A stretch of DNA of 32,000 bases from Erysipelotrichaceae bacterium. GTDB lineage: Bacteria; Bacillota_I; Bacilli_A; Erysipelotrichales; Erysipelotrichaceae. Both the position numbers and the translations under genes were made by a program. Shown piece after piece: positions 27,279-32,000 of this stretch (positions are counted from its first letter, which is position 1; each line of letters begins with the position of its first letter). The DNA lies in assembly GCA_030604855.1 (NCBI GenBank), contig JAUVVC010000008.1, positions 38,194 to 70,193 of the forward strand. Reading direction: 5' to 3'. The notes below the pieces were generated by a model, which saw only the letters and a program-made list of their open reading frames with translations, made no database searches and was not told the DNA's origin.

Positions 27279-27332
27279 TTACAAAAGAGTTTACAAAAAC
27301 TAAGTATTTTATTTACGATATTGTTTACAATA
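27279..27332 (+). repeat. four TTAC(A/G)A(A/T)A direct repeats arranged as two 12-bp-spaced pairs
   Basis: TTACAAAA at 27279 and 27291, TTACGATA at 27313, TTACAATA at 27325. They lie between two convergent terminators. Confidence 0.4.
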
Positions 27333-27357
27333 AAGTGACAAGCATTTCCATAAAGAC

Positions 27358-27385
27358 ATAAAAATCACATCCTATTGATGTGATT
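27358..27385 (-). terminator. rho-independent terminator serving the RpiR gene
   Basis: Minus strand: AATCACATC-AATAG-GATGTGATT forms a perfect 9-bp stem followed by TTTAT. It lies about 160 nt downstream of the RpiR stop. Confidence 0.7.
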
Positions 27386-27544
27386 CGTGAAAAACTGTTC
27401 CAATCTTTTTGCGATGGATTGAATCTTTATCTGATCAATGGTTAACTCTAGATAGAGCCAATTCCATCCTAATGGTCTTGCAGGGTTCACATGAATACAC
27501 ATTGGTCTAATTGTCACTTGCCCAGTACATTTCCCAATGTGTAT

Positions 27545-28411
27545 TTATTTTGTGCGACTTAAAACCGCCTCAACATTCATAGTCGGATCACTGACGACTT
27601 GATCGATTTCATCATAATTCTTGACGACGGCCATAGAAACCAGGATGTCCAAAATGTACTGTGCCGCAATCATGGAGGTCATGTTGTAAAGATTAAGTGT
27701 AGAGGCCACATCGATCGTATGGATGGTTTCTGTACACAGAGCACTCAATTTGGGATTCTGACGGCCTGTGATGAGTAAACTTGGGATCTGTAAACTGTGC
27801 ATGCGTTCGGCGATGTCGATGATCATGGGGTTGCTTCCACTGAGCGAGATCAGAATCGCAAAGCTCGGAATCTTTTTAATCTTAAGGCGCGATAGGTGTT
27901 GCCAGTGATCGGAGTCGTATGCGATCGCAGGGATATTGACTTCCTCAAAGCGATATTGGTACATGCGTGCAAGGTCGAAATTGGTACCGGTACCGTAGAT
28001 GCCGATGTGCTGACAATTCTGTAGGATATCAAAACACCGCTGAATAATTTTGAGATCAAGGGAAGATCGCGTCTTATCGAGTGACTTAGCATAGATCAGA
28101 GGTAAACGTGAAACGATGTCCTCTAGTGTGCTCTCTTTGGTGAAAGGGATATCGGTTGCCACTTCTTGTTGGGCGAGATAATGTTCATATTCTGAGATGT
28201 ATGCGTATTTAAAATCTGGGAAACCACGATAACCGAGTTTCTTACATAAACGTACGATCGTGGCATTGCTGGTGTAACTGATGATGGCCAGATCTCTAAG
28301 ACTCATTTGAATCAATTCATGTGGATGCATGAGAATGGTGTTCACAACGGCCTGTTCTTGGTGGGTTAGATTATTTAAGTATTTGAGTTGTTCAATGATC
28401 ATATGTATCAT
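27545..28411 (-). CDS. MurR/RpiR family transcriptional regulator (HTH + SIS domain)
   Basis: 288 aa with an N-terminal HTH_6-like region (LRDLAIISYTSNATIVRLCKKLGYRGFPDFK) and a C-terminal SIS domain (IGIYGTGTN...ILISLSGSN). The real start may be the ATG at 28402. Confidence 0.88.
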   Translation of the reverse strand: MIHMIIEQLKYLNNLTHQEQAVVNTILMHPHELIQMSLRDLAIISYTSNATIVRLCKKLGYRGFPDFKYAYISEYEHYLAQQEVATDIPFTKESTLEDIVSRLPLIYAKSLDKTRSSLDLKIIQRCFDILQNCQHIGIYGTGTNFDLARMYQYRFEEVNIPAIAYDSDHWQHLSRLKIKKIPSFAILISLSGSNPMIIDIAERMHSLQIPSLLITGRQNPKLSALCTETIHTIDVASTLNLYNMTSMIAAQYILDILVSMAVVKNYDEIDQVVSDPTMNVEAVLSRTK

Positions 28412-28451
28412 TGTATCAAGGAAAGCTTTGTGTTGAAAGGTGGTAGACTAA

Positions 28452-29249
28452 ATGAAGATCGCATTTGTGGATATTGATGGGACGGTGTTGGATTATGCGC
28501 GTGGGATGAATCAGCCAACCGAACGCTGTCTGGAAGCTTTTCGTAAGTTTCGTGCTCAAGGGAATTGTTTGATCGTGGCGACTTCACGCACCAAGTTGGT
28601 GGGTGGCTTGGATGGATCGATGTTTGATGGTTTTGTGTTCAGCAACGGTCAATACATCGAGTATAAAGGGGAAATTCTTAAAAACAACATCTTCTCTAAG
28701 GAACAGATTCTACTCCAACAAGCGATTTATGATCGTTATGAGGGAGGTTCCTTTTACTCCGGTGTAAAAGGTCAATGGATTTGTCCAAATCGTGAAGACT
28801 TGTCCATTGCGCATATGGTACATTATGGCTTGGATCCCAAGCAGGCACATGAACACTTCAAACCCTATATCTTGGAAGAAATCGAAGCAACAGCCGCAAC
28901 GGCAACCTTTGATGACTTTACAATGCTACGGTTGGCTGAACAAGCCTTACCTCAAGAGTGGGAGATCCATGCTTACTATGATTCAAAGGATATCCGCATG
29001 GATGTCCATCTACCGGGCATCACAAAGGGCAGCAGTTGCATGTTTCTGGTGGAACATGCCGGCTTGAAGCGCGAAGATAGCTATGCCTTTGGAGATGGCA
29101 TCAACGACATTGAAATGTTGGAGTTGGTTGGACATGGGGTCGCCATGGGCAATGCGGATGCGCGTGTCAAAGCGATAGCGGATCATGTCAGTGAGGATGC
29201 CTTAGAGGATGGGTTAGCAAAATCATTTGAGCGATTGTTTGGTCTTTAG
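28452..29249 (+). CDS. Cof-type HAD-IIB family hydrolase (sugar-phosphate phosphatase-like)
   Basis: 265 aa with the HAD motifs FVDIDGT (motif I), ATSR (motif II) and GDGINDIEM (motif IV). RBS AAGGTGG. Confidence 0.88.
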   Translation: MKIAFVDIDGTVLDYARGMNQPTERCLEAFRKFRAQGNCLIVATSRTKLVGGLDGSMFDGFVFSNGQYIEYKGEILKNNIFSKEQILLQQAIYDRYEGGSFYSGVKGQWICPNREDLSIAHMVHYGLDPKQAHEHFKPYILEEIEATAATATFDDFTMLRLAEQALPQEWEIHAYYDSKDIRMDVHLPGITKGSSCMFLVEHAGLKREDSYAFGDGINDIEMLELVGHGVAMGNADARVKAIADHVSEDALEDGLAKSFERLFGL

Positions 29250-29271
29250 CGGTCTTCTGATCGCTTTTTTT
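29248..29271 (+). terminator. rho-independent terminator after the HAD gene
   Basis: AGCGGTC-TTCT-GATCGCT forms 7 bp including one G-U, followed by TTTTTTT. Confidence 0.6.
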
Positions 29272-29311
29272 GATGGTTTTTCATACAATGGATGTAACAA
29301 ATGGAGGTCTT

Positions 29312-30442
29312 ATGATCAAGAATGAATCCTTGTATTTAGCCGGTCCGTTGGTCTTTTATGTGAATGGTATTGAGATGTGGCAGGCATGGCGTAGAGAAGC
29401 ACAGTACCATGGTTTCAATGTCGCTTTACCGAATGATAATGTCCCTGAAGCAGAACCTGGGAATAAGCGTCAATTGAGTGCTTCGATCTTTAAGAATTGT
29501 CGCGATTCCATCAATCAAACCACGACGATAATTGCCAACCTTGAAACCTATCGGGGCATGGTTCCCGATGGGGGTACGGTTTTTGAAGTGGGCATGGCGT
29601 ATGGTAAGGGGGCCAAATGTTATGGCTACACCAAAGATAAGCGACCTGAGGGTCAAAAGTATGGGTATGCGAAGTTGGATAATGAAGGGATTTGGGATTT
29701 GGAAGGTCGACCCTTGCCTTACTATCAACTGCCCTTTGGTCCCTGTTTGGTAGGTTCGAGCAAGATTGTTGAGGGTTCCTTCAGTGATGCGCTGGCGGTA
29801 TTCAAAGCAGACTTGGAAGAGGAGTCAAAGCTTAAGGCCAATCGCAACATCGAACTTAAGACTAAACCCGCAGAGCGTACCTTGTTTGCCAAAGATAAAC
29901 CTTTGGTCTATCTTTCAACTTTTGAGCGCTATGACAAAGATGCAGATCAGAAATTGAATGCGATGAAAGCAATCTTAAATCAATATGGCTTCCAAGGCAT
30001 CAGTCCATTGGACGATGCCCCGGGCGTTCAACGCATAGAGTCCGAGGATATGTATGAGCTTGCTTACAATACCTTTGATCACTATCAACAACATGTCCGT
30101 AATTGCGACATAATCCTTGCCAATCTCAATCCATATCATGGTTATGAACCCAATGAGGATGTGTCCTTTGAATGTGGTATGGCGTTCCAATTGGGCAAGA
30201 AACTCTTTGGATATGTGGATGATCTTAGACCCATGGTTGAATTGATTCCAAATGGAGGCGAAGCCAATGGCTGTCGTGATCTGAATGGGATGAATGTGGA
30301 AGATTTTGAGAATCCTTTGAATCTTATGTTTGGTGCTTCGTTCACCTTGTTTACGGGGGCATTTGAAACAGTGGTCAAGCAGATGGCGGATGCAATGCTT
30401 GATTTCAAGCTTGCGGATGATTTGGTTCCACCTGTTCTATGA
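29312..30442 (+). CDS. tandem-domain nucleoside 2-deoxyribosyltransferase-like protein
   Basis: 376 aa with two NDT/Rcl-like modules. Module 1 has LYLAGPLVF and DGGTVFEVGMAYGKG. Module 2 has EDVSFECGMAFQLGKK and the C-terminal VEDFENPLNLMF motif. ATG 29312 lies 4 nt after GGAGG. Confidence 0.75.
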   Translation: MIKNESLYLAGPLVFYVNGIEMWQAWRREAQYHGFNVALPNDNVPEAEPGNKRQLSASIFKNCRDSINQTTTIIANLETYRGMVPDGGTVFEVGMAYGKGAKCYGYTKDKRPEGQKYGYAKLDNEGIWDLEGRPLPYYQLPFGPCLVGSSKIVEGSFSDALAVFKADLEEESKLKANRNIELKTKPAERTLFAKDKPLVYLSTFERYDKDADQKLNAMKAILNQYGFQGISPLDDAPGVQRIESEDMYELAYNTFDHYQQHVRNCDIILANLNPYHGYEPNEDVSFECGMAFQLGKKLFGYVDDLRPMVELIPNGGEANGCRDLNGMNVEDFENPLNLMFGASFTLFTGAFETVVKQMADAMLDFKLADDLVPPVL

Positions 30443-30446
30443 ATGT

Positions 30447-30475
30447 AAGCTGCCGTTCGCGGTGGCTTTCTTTTT
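30447..30475 (+). terminator. rho-independent terminator
   Basis: AAGCTGCCG-TTCG-CGGTGGCTT forms 9 bp including two G-U pairs, with a UUCG loop, followed by TCTTTTT. Confidence 0.65.
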
Positions 30476-30500
30476 GGTATGATGGTGAAGTGAGGTTCTT

Positions 30501-31844
30501 ATGGACGCGATAACAAGAAATGACTTTTTACTGAGTTTGGCTTCGAAAGATCGAAATGCATATGATGACTACATAAAGCATCTCCATCCCATCGATGTGG
30601 CACTTTATCTTGAGCGCAGCACCGTTGAAGAACTGGATACCTTCATCAAATTTTCAAATGTCAATTATCGTGCCAGAGTGCTTGAGCAAGCGTCCATTGA
30701 CATGCAGATCCGTTTTCTCGAAGCATTGCAATATGAAGAGATCGTGGATCTTTTTGCCTTGATGTCGAAGGATGACGTTGCGGATACGTTAAGCCATCTA
30801 CCGATCAAAGATCGAAAATCACTCTTGAATGAAATGAAGAGTTCGGATACACAAACGATTGAGACCTTGCTTGGGTATTCAAAGGACAGTGCTGGGGGCA
30901 TCATGACCACCGAGTTCATCGCCCTAAAGAAGTCCTTGAATGTAAAAGAAGCGCTGCTTAAAATCAAAGAGATTGGACCTAAGACGGAAGTCATTGAGTT
31001 GATCTTTGTGGTGGATGAAGAACAGAAATTGTTTGGGACGGTTGATTTACGTGATATCTTTGTGGCGGAAGATAAGGTGCTCTTGGAAGCTTTGACGAAT
31101 GTGCATGTCGTAACGGTCTATCCTGAAACTGACCAAGAAAAGGTGTCTTTATTGGTTTCGAAGTATGATTTGAAGGCCATCCCGGTCATCAATAAGAATC
31201 GAGACTTATTGGGCATCATCACGGTGGATGACATCATCGATGTCATCGTGCAAGAACACACGGAAGATGTTTTACGCTTAGCGGGGGTTCGTGGTCAAGA
31301 CTTAGAGAATCGATCTGTCTTCAGCTCCGTACAAAGACGTTTGCCTTGGTTGATGATCAATTTGGGAACCGCATTCTTAGCTGCTTTTACGGTAACCTTG
31401 TTTGAAAGTGTCATCGCACAGGTCGTTGCCTTGGCTTCATCCATGTCCATCGTGACGGGGATGGGTGGCAATGCGGGCAATCAAAGCCTGTCTGTTGTGG
31501 TTCGAGGAATCGCCTTGGGTGAGTTGGATTTCAAGAAGAGTTGGCCTTTGGTGTTTCGTGAGATGTGGGTTGGCATCGCGCAAGGTGCGATCATCGGGGT
31601 CTTGGCAGGCGTCATTCTCTATCTGAAGGTTGGAAACATCATGTTTGGGGTGATCATCTTTCTAGCGATGGTCATGAACATGTTGATTGCGACAAGCTTC
31701 GGATTTTTGATTCCCTTGATCATCAAGCGTTTCAATTTCGATCCAGCCTTGGGTTCTTCCATTTTTTTGACGGCATCTACGGATATCTTTGGCTTCTTTA
31801 TTTTCCTAAGTTTGGCAAAACTTTTCTTGCCTTACTTAACCTAA
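30501..31844 (+). CDS. mgtE: magnesium transporter MgtE
   Basis: 447 aa with the MgtE N-domain, a tandem CBS pair (GGIMTTEFIAL..., IPVINKNRDLLGIITVDDIIDV) and a C-terminal 5-TM channel with GMGGNAGNQS. Confidence 0.93.
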   Translation: MDAITRNDFLLSLASKDRNAYDDYIKHLHPIDVALYLERSTVEELDTFIKFSNVNYRARVLEQASIDMQIRFLEALQYEEIVDLFALMSKDDVADTLSHLPIKDRKSLLNEMKSSDTQTIETLLGYSKDSAGGIMTTEFIALKKSLNVKEALLKIKEIGPKTEVIELIFVVDEEQKLFGTVDLRDIFVAEDKVLLEALTNVHVVTVYPETDQEKVSLLVSKYDLKAIPVINKNRDLLGIITVDDIIDVIVQEHTEDVLRLAGVRGQDLENRSVFSSVQRRLPWLMINLGTAFLAAFTVTLFESVIAQVVALASSMSIVTGMGGNAGNQSLSVVVRGIALGELDFKKSWPLVFREMWVGIAQGAIIGVLAGVILYLKVGNIMFGVIIFLAMVMNMLIATSFGFLIPLIIKRFNFDPALGSSIFLTASTDIFGFFIFLSLAKLFLPYLT

Positions 31845-32000
31845 GAACGTTATTGTTGAAAATAATCTAAATATTGCTTGATTGAAAAAGTAGATTCCAC
31901 ATTGTAAGAGTCAAGTCCATATTTTCAGGATAGATAGAAAATCGAGTCTTAAAAGGTAGGGTTTTTCTAAGCTAAACAGGATGAATTGAGCATTATTTAA

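Noticed and set aside
30443-30500. M-box (Mg2+) riboswitch upstream of mgtE.
   Set aside because: Only 58 nt separate the upstream stop from the mgtE start, and most of that is the terminator hairpin of the preceding gene. An M-box aptamer needs roughly 150 nt or more.

Overview
This is a chromosomal-looking window from a low-GC Gram-positive (Bacillota-type) genome. The taxonomic guess rests on AGGAGG-type ribosome-binding sites, a cre-like box, and MhqR-like and Flp-like modules. I see about 31 real protein genes, mostly on the + strand and separated by clear hairpin terminators. I found no rRNA, tRNA, CRISPR array, transposase or integrase.

Gene content from left to right:
- MATE (partial) and MFS transporters, and an aldo/keto reductase.
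- A PadR-DUF2812-unknown triad.
- A PhnB-like VOC protein and a membrane-sensor GGDEF cyclase.
- A minus-strand quinone-detoxification type operon (ring-cleaving dioxygenase, MarR, carboxylesterase) with a palindromic operator inside its promoter.
- An orphan 3-hydroxyacyl-CoA dehydrogenase with a cre box in its leader.
- An orphan GH1 6-phospho-beta-glucosidase, an ElaA-like GNAT, a DUF2200 protein and an alpha/beta hydrolase.
- An Flp-type operon (HMA metallochaperone, P1B-ATPase, Crp/Fnr regulator) preceded by a perfect TTTGAC-N4-GTCAAA dyad.
- A membrane polyferredoxin.
- A two-subunit Fe-S hydro-lyase (fumarase/mesaconase type) plus malic enzyme.
- A seven-gene translationally coupled operon.
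- An RpiR / Cof-HAD / tandem nucleoside 2-deoxyribosyltransferase-like module.
- mgtE.

The most interesting part is the seven-gene operon at 20226-27253. The classical glutamate mutase and methylaspartase genes (glmS-glmL-glmE-mal) are bracketed by three uncharacterised genes: an orphan P-loop protein upstream, and an AtuA/DUF1446 plus DUF4387 pair downstream. No citramalate lyase is visible in the window. This suggests undescribed accessory or downstream steps of methylaspartate/mesaconate metabolism.

All functional calls come from reading motifs by eye. No database search was run.
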